From positions 4,093 through 68,092 of the IMG/VR virus record IMGVR_UViG_3300017689_000002: a stretch of 64,000 nt of DNA. One strand, given 5' to 3'. Under the pieces are notes generated by a model, which worked only from the letters and a program-made list of their open reading frames with translations, was not told where the DNA came from and did not search any database. Source of the DNA: a virus (Duplodnaviria > Caudoviricetes). Shown here piece after piece: positions 18,268 to 28,652 of this stretch (positions within the stretch are counted from its first letter, which is position 1; every line of letters starts with the position of its first letter). Position numbers and translations under genes: made by a program.

Positions 18268-19179
18268 CTACAACCCTTCGTAATATGTCAGGCTTTCCAT
18301 GGTGATTTGGAGATTAGCAACGCCGGACGTAGCACTGTAGGAGAATGTGTTTTCACCCTTAGACAGTGACAGCCAAGACGATCCGCGCTCAAATGCATTG
18401 AGGATATTTGTGGTAGTACCTCTGCGGAACAACTTGACGGACTTGGAACCCTTGTTGGTGTTGATTAGGATCTCGTCACCAGCGCTGATACCTGTACCGG
18501 TCATGCTTGCGATGGTCGTAGAGTTGATTCGAACAGCTTCGTTGTTAACCGGATCGTAAATAACAACGTTACCTACGTTACCCAGAGCCTTGATCGATAT
18601 CTTGAGACCGACTTCGCCATCGCCTTCATAGACGACGGTACGTTCGTAGTTGGTGTTCAAACGACTGAACTCCAACAAGTCTTCAGTGAGTGATTCGTTA
18701 GAGAACGGGAATTCAAACAACGCTTCAACGTTGAAGAAGAGAGTGTTAGTGACGCCGTCTTCACTGACGTCAAGGAAATATGCGCTTTCGCAGACGATGG
18801 AAACCTGAGTAGTTCCTTCTGCGCTGAAAATTGTGGGGGCGTTGGATTCAACGTATCCGGTAACACCTGCTAGGCGCGTACCAGTATCGAAGATCAACGT
18901 GACCATCTTACCAATAGGGAAATATCGATAAGACTTGAGGCGGTTTGCTTCGATAGAGGGGTTATCGGTGAACCCCAACTTGAAGACAATATTCCGCCCC
19001 CCTACGGTGGACGAGTTGTAAATTACCCCGTCCACCGTAGAGATTTTGGAAGTGTTGATATCCGCTTTGACAGGACCGAGGCCCTCGATGTCAAACACCT
19101 TGAAACCCGACGACTCGGGATCGTTCAACTGTAGGGTTAGAATTTCCCCCAAGTAGTTAACAACTGTTGCGGATTTCAC
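18268..19179 (-). CDS. Distal tail protein (Dit-like)
   Basis: Directly after tape measure; IEGLGP, RNIV, GYVES, W..L.KGEN.F.Y. Confidence 0.75.
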   Translation of the reverse strand: MKSATVVNYLGEILTLQLNDPESSGFKVFDIEGLGPVKADINTSKISTVDGVIYNSSTVGGRNIVFKLGFTDNPSIEANRLKSYRYFPIGKMVTLIFDTGTRLAGVTGYVESNAPTIFSAEGTTQVSIVCESAYFLDVSEDGVTNTLFFNVEALFEFPFSNESLTEDLLEFSRLNTNYERTVVYEGDGEVGLKISIKALGNVGNVVIYDPVNNEAVRINSTTIASMTGTGISAGDEILINTNKGSKSVKLFRRGTTTNILNAFERGSSWLSLSKGENTFSYSATSGVANLQITMESLTYYEGL

Positions 19180-22100
19180 GGCTTCTTGATCACTTCCTTT
19201 GTTGTGGACAGCAGGTTCTTGGTGTTCCTGTAGATTTCTACGGCATCCAAGGCCTTAGGCGAATTGTTGTACTGCTTGAGTTCGATCTTTGGACCACTGT
19301 TATCCGTAGCAACCGCGGTCTTAGCAGCGAACTGTGCTTCGGCATTGCTTCTTTCGATAGCAGCTGCTTCAGCATAAGGACGTCCAACATCGAGCGTGGG
19401 CGATCCGAACATACCATTAACGAGTCTCGAATCCCTCTGGATCGCAGAAAGATCAAGCACTGGTGTAATGGTTGGGGCTGTGTTCATTTCGTTTGTGACG
19501 ATATCACCCAGGCGAGCCATACTCGACTTGAGGTTGGACATTGCTTCATTACCCATATCTACAACCGCGTCACTCATCATATCAGAGTTCTTCTCGATAC
19601 CCAAAGCAGCACCTTCAGCAGACCACGCACCAACCTTGAAGAATTCCTTCGAGGGGGATGCGATACCGAGAAGATCCTTTGCTGCAGACAGAGCCTTACT
19701 AGCCATATCTTTAGCTGCCTGGATAGCACGAGAGGCGCCACTCGCAAGACCACCGGTCATACCATCAACGATGGCTGTTGCTAGACTCAAACCAGCTTCG
19801 CGCATTCTGGCCGAGTTCCGGTTAATACCGTCAGCAAGACCCTGAACGAACGAAATAACTAGGTTGATACCAGACTGAATGATGCGAGGAAGCTGCGCGG
19901 AAATACCATTAATGAACTGCACAATCAGGTTAGCAGCAGCCGCAACGATTCCACCGATATTAGCGGCGATACCGTTTAGGATACCAATAACCAGCTTGGC
20001 GCCTCGATCCACCAAGACCGGAACGCCCTGTGCAATTCTGTCGGCCATCATAAGCACCAACATCCACAGGGTGTCGATGATTTGTGGCGCAACAGCTCTA
20101 ATAGCAGCTATCAGAGACAACAGTACAGTAGTAATGGCACCAACGAATGCAGGACCGCTGACCGCAATGACGTTTGCAAACGCCACAACACCTAGAGCAA
20201 ATTGCTCCATGGCGAATGGAATCTGTGCAATCACTGCACCCAACAGGACTGTGATTGTCGATGCTAGGATAGCTCCCGAAGCAGTAAGAGCGGTCAAACC
20301 AACAGAGAAGGCCAGGAGACCCACACCTGCTGCAAGAACACCAACACCGATCAGACCCATTGCAATACCCAGACCAATAAGACCTGGAAGTGCGGGAATA
20401 AGGAGAATACCAGCGACACCGATAATCGTCAATGCAGCAGCGAGAACTGTAAGGCCCGCACCAATCTCGGCCCATGTCATCTCACCGAGTGTGGTGAGGA
20501 CCGGAGCCAGGATAGCTAGAGCCCCTGCAGCAATCACAAGTGCAGCAGCACCCGGAAGAGCTGCCACCATAGCGGTCAGGCCGACAGCGAGAATGATCAA
20601 GGATCCGGCAAGAATCGCCATCACCTTACCAAACTCACTCCACGACATCGTCGCCATTTCCTGAAGAGCCCCCGACAGGACCACCAGTGCAGCAGCGGCA
20701 ATAACCAATGCTGCGGCACCTGGGAGGGCTGCAGTCATCAGATATAGACCACCAGCAATGATGGCTAGGGATCCTGCAAGAGTTGCCATAGCAACAGCAA
20801 ACTCACCCCAGGACATTCCACCCATAGAGGCTAGAGCATCGCTGAGAATAAGAAGTGCTGCTGAGGCAACCACCAACGCTGCAGCACCACCCAAGGCGCC
20901 CGTCATAAGGTTCAGACCAACAGCAAGGATGGCCATCGAGCCAGCAAGAGCGGCCATAGCTACGGCGAGTTCGCCCCAAGTCATGCCGCTCATTTTCTCG
21001 AGGGCACTACTGAGGATAAACAATGCTGCAGAAACAACAACCAGCGATGCTGCCTGAACGGCCATATTTGTAGGCATCAGGCGCATAGCTCCCGCTAGAA
21101 CACCTAGACCCACAGCCACACCAGCCATACCCTTGGCCATTTCAGCCCAGGACATGCCCGAGAATTTCTCGACAGCCTTCGCTAGAATAAGCAAAGAACT
21201 AGCAAGAATAACCATGGCGATACCGGTAGTGATCATTCCCGGAGCACTCTTAGAAAGTCCCTTAGAGAGACCAACCATGAGACCCATGAGGACAGCGACG
21301 CCGGTAAGGCCCTTGGCCAACTCATCCCAGTCATATCCTGCGAGCTTACCTACAGCCAGCGCCAAGATACCAATGGCAATAGCGAGCACAATCATTGCTG
21401 CGCCAAGAATGGTCATCTTAGCAGCGCCCGTAGCAGTTCCGATTTTCTCGAACACCGCCATAGCACCAGCAAGCTGGCCCATCATTACCGTGATGGCACC
21501 CAGCGACACAGCCAACTTAGCAGAGTCAATAAATGACAAAGCGACAATTGACACCGTGAGCAAAGCCAAGGCGCCTGCGATTTTCAGGAGCGTATCAGCC
21601 TTGAGGTTAGCCTGCATCTGCTCGAGGGATCCGGTGACCCCGTCAAGGATCCCCTTCATCTTATCGAGGAAGCCGCCGGCGATATCATCGCCACCTTCAG
21701 TGAACTTATCAACAAACTTCTTGATGAGTAGCACCACACCAGCCAGAAGGCCTGTGTTGATGAGGTCAAGAATCGAGTCGAAGTTACCGCTTGAGAAGGC
21801 AGTCTTAAGACCATCCATCACACCGCCGAATACTTCTCCCAATCGATCAGTCAGAGGACTAATAAATGAGAAGAAGGCTCGGGCACCAGCTGTAGCGCCA
21901 TCCCAGACGGACCGGAATGTTTCACCAATCTGACCCAGACGGTCACCAATCCTACCGAATATCGAGAGGACGCCATCGAACCCACTGAAGTCAGGAGTTT
22001 CGAAATTGGTGAACAGAGAACCGATAAGTTTACCAAGACCAACAAGCAGGCCAAGGGGGACAGCCAGTACATTCTTAAGTCCTGTGAAGAACTTGGTCAG

Positions 22101-23648
22101 ACCTTCACCATTTTTGATGGCATCTCGAACGCTGACCAAGAAATCACCGAGGGATCCGGTGATGTTGAGGATGCTAGTGCCCCCACCATCCATCATACCA
22201 AACAGATCAGCGAAGACTCCAAAGAGCCCCACAATGATCATTCGACCGATGTCTAGGACGGCAAATATGCCCTTGAATGTACTCTTAAGATTGGCTGAGT
22301 TCTCTCCGCTAAGCGTAAGAGTAGCAGCAAAGTCTCGAATAGCGACTGTGATGTTGTAAAGCTGCTCGCCAGTTGTTGCGGGGAAGATTTCTCGGAAGGC
22401 GTCCTTGATAGGCGTAACCACACTCATCAAGGCTGTGAATGCGTTCTTGACTGTGTCGATTAGAGCGGTACGACCGCCCATGTCTTTCCAGTCTTGCAGC
22501 ATGTTATTACGAGCATCCGAAGACGCGTCGATCATACCACTGAGAGTCTGATAGACTCCCGACCACATAGCTTTAGCCTCTTCGAAGTCACCGAAGATAA
22601 GCTGCCAAGTCTTTGCCCATCCGGATCCCGCAGTTTCCTGCAGAGTTCCCATGAGCTGAGTAACAGTCTTAACCTCAGTAGCAGCAGCCTTGGCGGTCTT
22701 AGCGGTCTGCTGAATAGCCGCGATCTCGGCCTCAGAGAAGCCTTGTGCCGCAAGTTCAGCATCCGTAAGGTCACCAGTGAACTGCTGAAGTGTTGCCGTC
22801 AGGACATCCTTAGACAGCCACGGAGTTCCACCACCGTCTGCGGAAATTGAGTCTCGGAAAGACTCACCAGCAATCTTGACGTTCTGCATCGGGCCCTCAA
22901 GAGAGACCGCAGATTCCTCAAGTTGTCCCATTTTGACGGCTGTGGTAGCAAGTGCACGCTGGAAGACCGTACCACCCATACCGGCGTTGACCACCGAGTT
23001 CCAGTCCATAAGCCCGACCTTGCCGGACGAGATAGCCTGGGAGAGCTGGTACATAGCCGTAGCAGCTTGCTGCGAGTTAGAGCCCGAGAGTGCCGCCAGG
23101 TTGGCGATACCCTTAATCGAGGCTGTCGACTCTTTAAGACCAACACCAGCAGCCGTGAAGGTACCGATGTTTCGAGCCATCTCGGCAAAGTTGTAGATGG
23201 TCTGGTCGGAGTAGGTGTTAAGTTCAGCAAGCGCACTGTTAACATCAGTCAGAGTAGCGCCAGACGCCTGCGTGTTAGCAAGAATCGTCTGAATAGAGTT
23301 TAGGTTAGTCTCGTACTCCTGCAGACCCTGTTTGATCGGGTCGACGGTAAGAGACTTGACAAGCTGAGAGCCGGCCGCGATAGCCGACTGAGTAATCGTA
23401 GCCAACGCAGTAACACCAATTACGGTGAGAGCGTTGAACTTAGAAGCGATGGTTTCGACACCCTGGGCAATGTTAGCCAGAGAGAAGCGCTTACCGGCAG
23501 CGTCGAGTTCAGAAAGGCTAGCCGCGGATCCCTTGAGATCCAAACCCTTCTTCAGGTCGCCGAGAGACTTGTTTGTGTCAGCAACACCCTTTTGGAACTG
23601 GGCGTTGTTGAACTTCATCTCTACGACGCGTTCGTCAATGCTACTCAT
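19176..23648 (-). CDS. Tape measure protein
   Basis: 1490 aa, Ala/Gly/Leu-rich repeats, N-terminal TMP domain (YSDQTIYNFAEM...YQLSQAISSG). Confidence 0.95.
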   Translation of the reverse strand: MSSIDERVVEMKFNNAQFQKGVADTNKSLGDLKKGLDLKGSAASLSELDAAGKRFSLANIAQGVETIASKFNALTVIGVTALATITQSAIAAGSQLVKSLTVDPIKQGLQEYETNLNSIQTILANTQASGATLTDVNSALAELNTYSDQTIYNFAEMARNIGTFTAAGVGLKESTASIKGIANLAALSGSNSQQAATAMYQLSQAISSGKVGLMDWNSVVNAGMGGTVFQRALATTAVKMGQLEESAVSLEGPMQNVKIAGESFRDSISADGGGTPWLSKDVLTATLQQFTGDLTDAELAAQGFSEAEIAAIQQTAKTAKAAATEVKTVTQLMGTLQETAGSGWAKTWQLIFGDFEEAKAMWSGVYQTLSGMIDASSDARNNMLQDWKDMGGRTALIDTVKNAFTALMSVVTPIKDAFREIFPATTGEQLYNITVAIRDFAATLTLSGENSANLKSTFKGIFAVLDIGRMIIVGLFGVFADLFGMMDGGGTSILNITGSLGDFLVSVRDAIKNGEGLTKFFTGLKNVLAVPLGLLVGLGKLIGSLFTNFETPDFSGFDGVLSIFGRIGDRLGQIGETFRSVWDGATAGARAFFSFISPLTDRLGEVFGGVMDGLKTAFSSGNFDSILDLINTGLLAGVVLLIKKFVDKFTEGGDDIAGGFLDKMKGILDGVTGSLEQMQANLKADTLLKIAGALALLTVSIVALSFIDSAKLAVSLGAITVMMGQLAGAMAVFEKIGTATGAAKMTILGAAMIVLAIAIGILALAVGKLAGYDWDELAKGLTGVAVLMGLMVGLSKGLSKSAPGMITTGIAMVILASSLLILAKAVEKFSGMSWAEMAKGMAGVAVGLGVLAGAMRLMPTNMAVQAASLVVVSAALFILSSALEKMSGMTWGELAVAMAALAGSMAILAVGLNLMTGALGGAAALVVASAALLILSDALASMGGMSWGEFAVAMATLAGSLAIIAGGLYLMTAALPGAAALVIAAAALVVLSGALQEMATMSWSEFGKVMAILAGSLIILAVGLTAMVAALPGAAALVIAAGALAILAPVLTTLGEMTWAEIGAGLTVLAAALTIIGVAGILLIPALPGLIGLGIAMGLIGVGVLAAGVGLLAFSVGLTALTASGAILASTITVLLGAVIAQIPFAMEQFALGVVAFANVIAVSGPAFVGAITTVLLSLIAAIRAVAPQIIDTLWMLVLMMADRIAQGVPVLVDRGAKLVIGILNGIAANIGGIVAAAANLIVQFINGISAQLPRIIQSGINLVISFVQGLADGINRNSARMREAGLSLATAIVDGMTGGLASGASRAIQAAKDMASKALSAAKDLLGIASPSKEFFKVGAWSAEGAALGIEKNSDMMSDAVVDMGNEAMSNLKSSMARLGDIVTNEMNTAPTITPVLDLSAIQRDSRLVNGMFGSPTLDVGRPYAEAAAIERSNAEAQFAAKTAVATDNSGPKIELKQYNNSPKALDAVEIYRNTKNLLSTTKEVIKKP

Positions 23649-24022
23649 GCAGAGGTCACCACCTTCCAGACTTCATCTGCGATCTTATCAAACACGGGAC
23701 GAATCGCAGGATTGATGTAGTTCCGACCAGCAACATAACCACCAGTTCCGGTACCGTGACCGTATTGGAGAATAATCGCGATAGGAACACCATCAACTAC
23801 GTGACCGTTGGTCCAGGTAATGACGGCGGAGCTCTGAGATATCTTTACAGAATAGTCCCAAAGCGCCGCCGTCTCACCCGAATCAACAGGAGTTGCCGAC
23901 GAGAGAGCTTGTACACCCTGTTGACCTTGCTTACTTACTGCCCTGAACATTTCGCCGCGAGACATAGCGTTCAGAAACTTGAAAGTTCGTTTTAGATCAC
24001 CACTAGATGTAAAGCTAATCAC
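23645..24022 (-). CDS. HK97 gp10-like tail completion protein
   Basis: SATPVDSGETA..W...AIILQYGHGT..G..V.GR.YINPA. Confidence 0.7.
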   Translation of the reverse strand: MISFTSSGDLKRTFKFLNAMSRGEMFRAVSKQGQQGVQALSSATPVDSGETAALWDYSVKISQSSAVITWTNGHVVDGVPIAIILQYGHGTGTGGYVAGRNYINPAIRPVFDKIADEVWKVVTSA

Positions 24023-24036
24023 AGCAACTCCTTATA

Positions 24037-26559
24037 TTATAGCGGACTCGAGATCGGACCCGCTAGTTGCCAAATACCACTAGTATCAACAATATATAGT
24101 GAATCGTCAATCAACACACTATCACCAATGGCACTTCTTGACGGCAGATTCTTGAAATACGAAACCACTGATACTGAGGTTGCCGGATCATCAAACCAGT
24201 AAGGAGTGAGGATCTGGTCATGATATGCATAGCTGGCAAGACCACCATCGAAGTACGGATATGCCTCCGTTCCTTCGTAGATAGCTAGTGCATCAACCCA
24301 CATTTCACTGTCGCCAATAGCCGCACCGTTGTAGAACCTTAGAATAGCCGCATCATTATCTAGCGTAACAGTCCAAACAATCTCAAAATCTCCTGCAACG
24401 TTAGGTGCTGAAGGAGAATATTTAGCAGATCCATCATTGAGATAGAAACGCCGAGCTGTACCACCGGGAGATGTTTGTGCTGCCGTCAATCGACCTCGGA
24501 TGCGCATCGTATACGTTCCGCCAGCCTTCAAAGCGTCAGCCGGCAAAGGCATAAACGTGTCACGACTGGTGGATGTTGGAATAATCCTAGCGGAACTAGG
24601 ACCAGACGCACTCCATTCAGTTGACTGAATAACTGCGGCTAGAGTGGGATATGCGAGGACGCCAGCAATAGCTAGACCCGTCTTGATAGTTGTGCTATCA
24701 TCAGGAGTACCTGTCCAACTAGTTGAGAAATCACCGACGTTAGGAGTGTTACCATCATAGTAGGCATTACTTACGTTGCCTTCATAGATCGAAAGTGCGT
24801 CAAACCAGACGTCGGGATCACCCATCATGCCGTTATTATACAGACGCAGATACCAGTTACCAGAACTAGGAACAGTGAATACCAACTTAGCTCGCTGCTC
24901 ACCAACCTCATTCGGGAACGTATATGTGACGTTGTTAGTTCCACCGGTAGTACCAGTAAGCACTACAGTGGCAGCAGCACCTCCAGTTGGATATTTCTCA
25001 GCACGTCTATGCGTCACACCTAGAGTATAGGTCTTGCCAGCTTCTAGACCTCTAGGATTACCAACACTAGCAATCTCGGTATAAGCACTGCCTCGAGCAG
25101 AGTAGGTAGAAATAAGCCTGAGTGATTTACCGCCAAATGCAGACCAATCGGAAGATTGAACAGCATAAGCAACAGATGCTGGTGTGGGATATTGAGTAAT
25201 ACCAGTACCCTGCTTCTGACTAGAACTTGGTGCCGTTCCATTCCAGATATAGATGAAGTCTCCGGCATTAGTAGTATCACCGTCGAAATAAGCCAAAGCT
25301 ACTGGTGCTTTTTCGATGAGGACATCGCCCATTTCGAAGATGTCACCCGACGTACCTGCTCCAGCAGTAGATACCATAGCAACGTTGAACAAATCAGTCG
25401 TGCTAACTGCCCGATCCAAGGTGAGAAGAATAACACTCTCACGCCAAGTCAGAGGACTAGTCCCATCAACAGTAATCAATCCTTCGGGGAAGTAATAATT
25501 ACCATTGTTCGTGTGGGCTTGAATCCGATAGGGTCGAGTAGCCCGTGTCTTGACTCGGATCGCAATCTTATCTCCAGCCACCAATGATGTATCAGACGGA
25601 GCGCTGAAGACATATGGAGTAGCGGATCCGTCGGCTGTCGAACGCACTGCAAAACGAGTTGCGTCCCATTGTGCGGCAACAGAAGACAGCGCCACCCCCG
25701 AATATCTAGCCGTTGTCTTAGGGTTTGGATTGGTGCACAGATTGGACCGAACCGTGATAGCGGCGCCCGGGTTCTGGAAACTAGGATTGGTAGCCAAGTT
25801 AGTCTGAACAGTGACGACACTACCACTCAAAGACTCAAAGCTCGGGTTGGTAGCCAGGTTAGTAAGGGTAGCCCTATCGGCAGAGATCTTACCAACAAAG
25901 TTGAGAGCAGAAGTGAACTTCCAGAACTCAAACAGGGATGCCAGCTGCATCATGCTAGGAATACGAGGCTCGATACCGTCGGCACCGTACAAATATCCCT
26001 CGACATAGCTCAAGAGACCAGGCGCCGTCTTAGTTGAATCGATGTAGTAGTGAGCACTAGCTCGTCTACCGGATACCGAAACGGGACGGGTTGTCAGATC
26101 CCAACTAAAAGTCAGAGGATCGACGTTAGAATCCTGAGTCTGGTGATTCTTTTCGGTCGGAGATGCAAGAGCATTGTAAACCAGGTGGATGCGATATCCT
26201 AGAGAAGTACCATTGACATCGTCACCTAGTAGAGTACGATAGGAAAGAGAGAATTCTTGACGAGGCTGGAGTCCAAAGGCCAAACCGTTGCCGTCGAACG
26301 CTGTACCATCAATCTCAGCAAACTCGTCAGGGTAGGTGTAGGCTTCGATAGATGCTTCAAAGTCTTCCGGAGCGGTGTCGTTCAAATATTTGTAACCGTT
26401 GACATAGTAGGGAGTTGCTCCCCCGCCAACAATCTTTTCGGATACGGAGATAAGACCGTTCCAAGGAACACCGGGGCCGTCGTTAGGATACAGAACTCCA
26501 CGATCAACGCCGACTTCGAATTTGCGTTGTCCGGTAGCACCCCAAACAAGCTTTGCCAT
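24037..26559 (-). CDS. Second tail-tube-like protein fused to three carbohydrate-binding-like domains
   Basis: N-terminal ~200 aa clearly paralogous to 27157-28023 (LVW..TGQR.FE.GVD.GVLY, WNGLISVSE, FEA.IEA.TYPDEF); NLATNPSF and YFDG repeats. Confidence 0.8.
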   Translation of the reverse strand: MAKLVWGATGQRKFEVGVDRGVLYPNDGPGVPWNGLISVSEKIVGGGATPYYVNGYKYLNDTAPEDFEASIEAYTYPDEFAEIDGTAFDGNGLAFGLQPRQEFSLSYRTLLGDDVNGTSLGYRIHLVYNALASPTEKNHQTQDSNVDPLTFSWDLTTRPVSVSGRRASAHYYIDSTKTAPGLLSYVEGYLYGADGIEPRIPSMMQLASLFEFWKFTSALNFVGKISADRATLTNLATNPSFESLSGSVVTVQTNLATNPSFQNPGAAITVRSNLCTNPNPKTTARYSGVALSSVAAQWDATRFAVRSTADGSATPYVFSAPSDTSLVAGDKIAIRVKTRATRPYRIQAHTNNGNYYFPEGLITVDGTSPLTWRESVILLTLDRAVSTTDLFNVAMVSTAGAGTSGDIFEMGDVLIEKAPVALAYFDGDTTNAGDFIYIWNGTAPSSSQKQGTGITQYPTPASVAYAVQSSDWSAFGGKSLRLISTYSARGSAYTEIASVGNPRGLEAGKTYTLGVTHRRAEKYPTGGAAATVVLTGTTGGTNNVTYTFPNEVGEQRAKLVFTVPSSGNWYLRLYNNGMMGDPDVWFDALSIYEGNVSNAYYDGNTPNVGDFSTSWTGTPDDSTTIKTGLAIAGVLAYPTLAAVIQSTEWSASGPSSARIIPTSTSRDTFMPLPADALKAGGTYTMRIRGRLTAAQTSPGGTARRFYLNDGSAKYSPSAPNVAGDFEIVWTVTLDNDAAILRFYNGAAIGDSEMWVDALAIYEGTEAYPYFDGGLASYAYHDQILTPYWFDDPATSVSVVSYFKNLPSRSAIGDSVLIDDSLYIVDTSGIWQLAGPISSPL

Positions 26560-26576
26560 GATGCACCTTTCTTTGT

Positions 26577-27128
26577 TTAGCCCTTGGTTCCCAATTCAGC
26601 TTTTCGCTTTGCGTTTAGATCGCGGTTTCTAGCGGCCAACTGAGCGGGACTCATTTTGGACTTGGCCTTACCCGTGTTCTGTTTGTCGCCGATAACCTTG
26701 ATCAAGGTCATCAAACGACTAAAGTGCCAATACTGCACTTGGAAGTCAATCTGACCCGTGACAAGCCAGTAATATACAACTTCAGATGTAATGATCTCGT
26801 TGCGACCGGGTTTATCCGGCGTAGCACCAAACCAAGTCGCCGAACGCTTAGCGTTGATGTACCGGTTGATGTCGTCAAGATCCGAAGCGGAAAGTAGGTG
26901 ATAGACGGCGGGATCGACGTCTTTGTTCAGGGTCATGCAGCGAACGTAATCGAGGACCTGAACGTTAGTCTTTTCGGCATTACCCAGGAAGGGAATCTCC
27001 CAAGTTTCCTCCCATTTTGAAATGGAGACCAGGGAATGCTCTAGCTCAAGCACAAACTTAACTGGAGGAATGAATTGGTTGATCTCCGCATTCCACAGTT
27101 CTTGTGTTTCAACTTCAAGTCTGAGCAT
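26577..27128 (-). CDS. Tail assembly chaperone (T-like)
   Basis: Start MLRLEV after SD AAGGAG; LELEHSLVSISKWE..W..PFL, DYVRCMT, WHFSRLMTLI; follows tail tube. Confidence 0.65.
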   Translation of the reverse strand: MLRLEVETQELWNAEINQFIPPVKFVLELEHSLVSISKWEETWEIPFLGNAEKTNVQVLDYVRCMTLNKDVDPAVYHLLSASDLDDINRYINAKRSATWFGATPDKPGRNEIITSEVVYYWLVTGQIDFQVQYWHFSRLMTLIKVIGDKQNTGKAKSKMSPAQLAARNRDLNAKRKAELGTKG

Positions 27129-27156
27129 TCCCTGATCTCCTTTCCTAATTGCTGGT

Positions 27157-28023
27157 TTACGCGAAGGTGTAGACCCAGTCGTCGTCCGAGCTGGCCGAGA
27201 GCTTGTAGCCCTGCGTCGCAACCGCGGTGACAACGGTGTCCTTCGTGATCGTAACGGTTCCGCTGACGGCCTTGCCATCGATGCGGTACTGAACACCGGT
27301 GACCGTGGGGATCGTGATGACCTTGGTCGTGGCGTTGTACGACGGAGCCGCCGCAGTGACGGCCGTGTTGGTACCCGACATGATGGAGGCAATCTCGGCG
27401 GGGAGGGGCAGACGGGGGTCCGTAGCGCCGCTACCGTAGAGGATGGCCTCGATCTCAGCAAGCTTGGCTGCCGGGACCTTGGTCGAGTCGATGGTGATCG
27501 TAGCCGACGGCTTGCTACCAGGAACGTCGACCGCGGTGGTCGTGAGCTCCCAGCTGAAGGTGATCGCCTCAGGCGACTCGTTGACGGTACCGAACGCCTT
27601 CTCCGTGGGAGCAGCAAGTGCCCCATAGATAAGGTGGATCTTGTAACCCTTGTCGGTACCAAGAACGTCATCACCAACGAGCGTGCGGTACGAAAGACCA
27701 AACGTCAGACGGTTCTGCTGACCGACAGTGATACCAGGAGCGATCTCCTTGGTACCGTCGTTGGCCGCAAACTCATCGGGGTAGGTGAAGGCTTCGATGG
27801 TTGCACCGAACTCCTCCGCCGAGATGAGGTTGAGGTACTTGATGTTGTCGGCGTACATCGGAGTAGCTTCGGCACCCGAGGGGCTTTCGCTAATCGAGAC
27901 GAGACCATTCCAGGCCACGCCATTGACGTAGTTGCCGGCACTATCGCGCTGGTAAAGGACACCCTTGTTAACGCCGGTTTCGTAACGGCGCTGACCGGTG
28001 GCATCCCAAATGAGTGCTACCAT
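27157..28023 (-). CDS. Major tail (tube) protein with C-terminal Ig-like domain
   Basis: phi13-type tube motifs; GC-rich high-expression codon usage. Confidence 0.9.
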   Translation of the reverse strand: MVALIWDATGQRRYETGVNKGVLYQRDSAGNYVNGVAWNGLVSISESPSGAEATPMYADNIKYLNLISAEEFGATIEAFTYPDEFAANDGTKEIAPGITVGQQNRLTFGLSYRTLVGDDVLGTDKGYKIHLIYGALAAPTEKAFGTVNESPEAITFSWELTTTAVDVPGSKPSATITIDSTKVPAAKLAEIEAILYGSGATDPRLPLPAEIASIMSGTNTAVTAAAPSYNATTKVITIPTVTGVQYRIDGKAVSGTVTITKDTVVTAVATQGYKLSASSDDDWVYTFA

Positions 28024-28034
28024 TATATACTCCT

Positions 28035-28340
28035 TTAGAAGTAAAGATTGTAAACGAAGTGGTTCAGTTTATCTGCTCTAAACGCGCGTCCAAAGGAGCA
28101 CCTAGGCAATTTGGAGATCGCGTGATGAACCGGACTGTCCGGATCCCTATCGATTACCGTGATTTCCCAACGCCAAGTCTGAAGATATGGCGCGTTGTCT
28201 GCGTGTTGGGTAGAGAGCTCATCAATGTTGTAAATGATGGCGGGGTACTTCATCTGCGTATTGCTAGGCTGTTGGAAGTGGACTTCGTCTGAGCCTAGAA
28301 TAACCTCAAGGAGTGTCTGAAGTTCAAGCCTTCGGTCCAT
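28035..28340 (-). CDS. Tail terminator
   Basis: V.FQ.P....MKYPAIIY...HADN.PY; position. Confidence 0.7.
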   Translation of the reverse strand: MDRRLELQTLLEVILGSDEVHFQQPSNTQMKYPAIIYNIDELSTQHADNAPYLQTWRWEITVIDRDPDSPVHHAISKLPRCSFGRAFRADKLNHFVYNLYF

Positions 28341-28644
28341 TGTACACCTCCCCCAAACGCAGAATAAGACGGGGACGCTCTACATCGACAGTTGTAACCG
28401 TCCAGAGCGTCCCCATCCATTCGACGTACTGAATGGCAGCGAAGTGTTCGTTGGCAAAGGCGTCAGCAACAATACTGATTGAGTTAGAAACAGCGAGATC
28501 GCTAATAGGTCTCTCACCCTCAAGCCTGCGGATATTTTTGAGGACGTCACCGAAGTATTCTTTCTCAACGATGACGTCCTCAGTTACTCCGGGCTTGGTT
28601 CTCACAGAATGCGAATAGCCGACCTTACCGAAGAATCGTGCCAT
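28324..28644 (-). CDS. Head-tail stopper (head closure) protein
   Basis: MARFFGKVGY, ISIVAD.FA.EHF..I.YVEWMG..W.V; position. Confidence 0.7.
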   Translation of the reverse strand: MARFFGKVGYSHSVRTKPGVTEDVIVEKEYFGDVLKNIRRLEGERPISDLAVSNSISIVADAFANEHFAAIQYVEWMGTLWTVTTVDVERPRLILRLGEVYNGPKA

Positions 28645-28652
28645 TTTGAAGA

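Noticed and set aside
26577-27701. 374-aa ORF suggesting a tube-chaperone frameshift fusion
   Set aside because: The upstream 191 codons are an off-frame reading of the tube gene; the chaperone has its own SD and ATG at 27128; no slippery heptamer found
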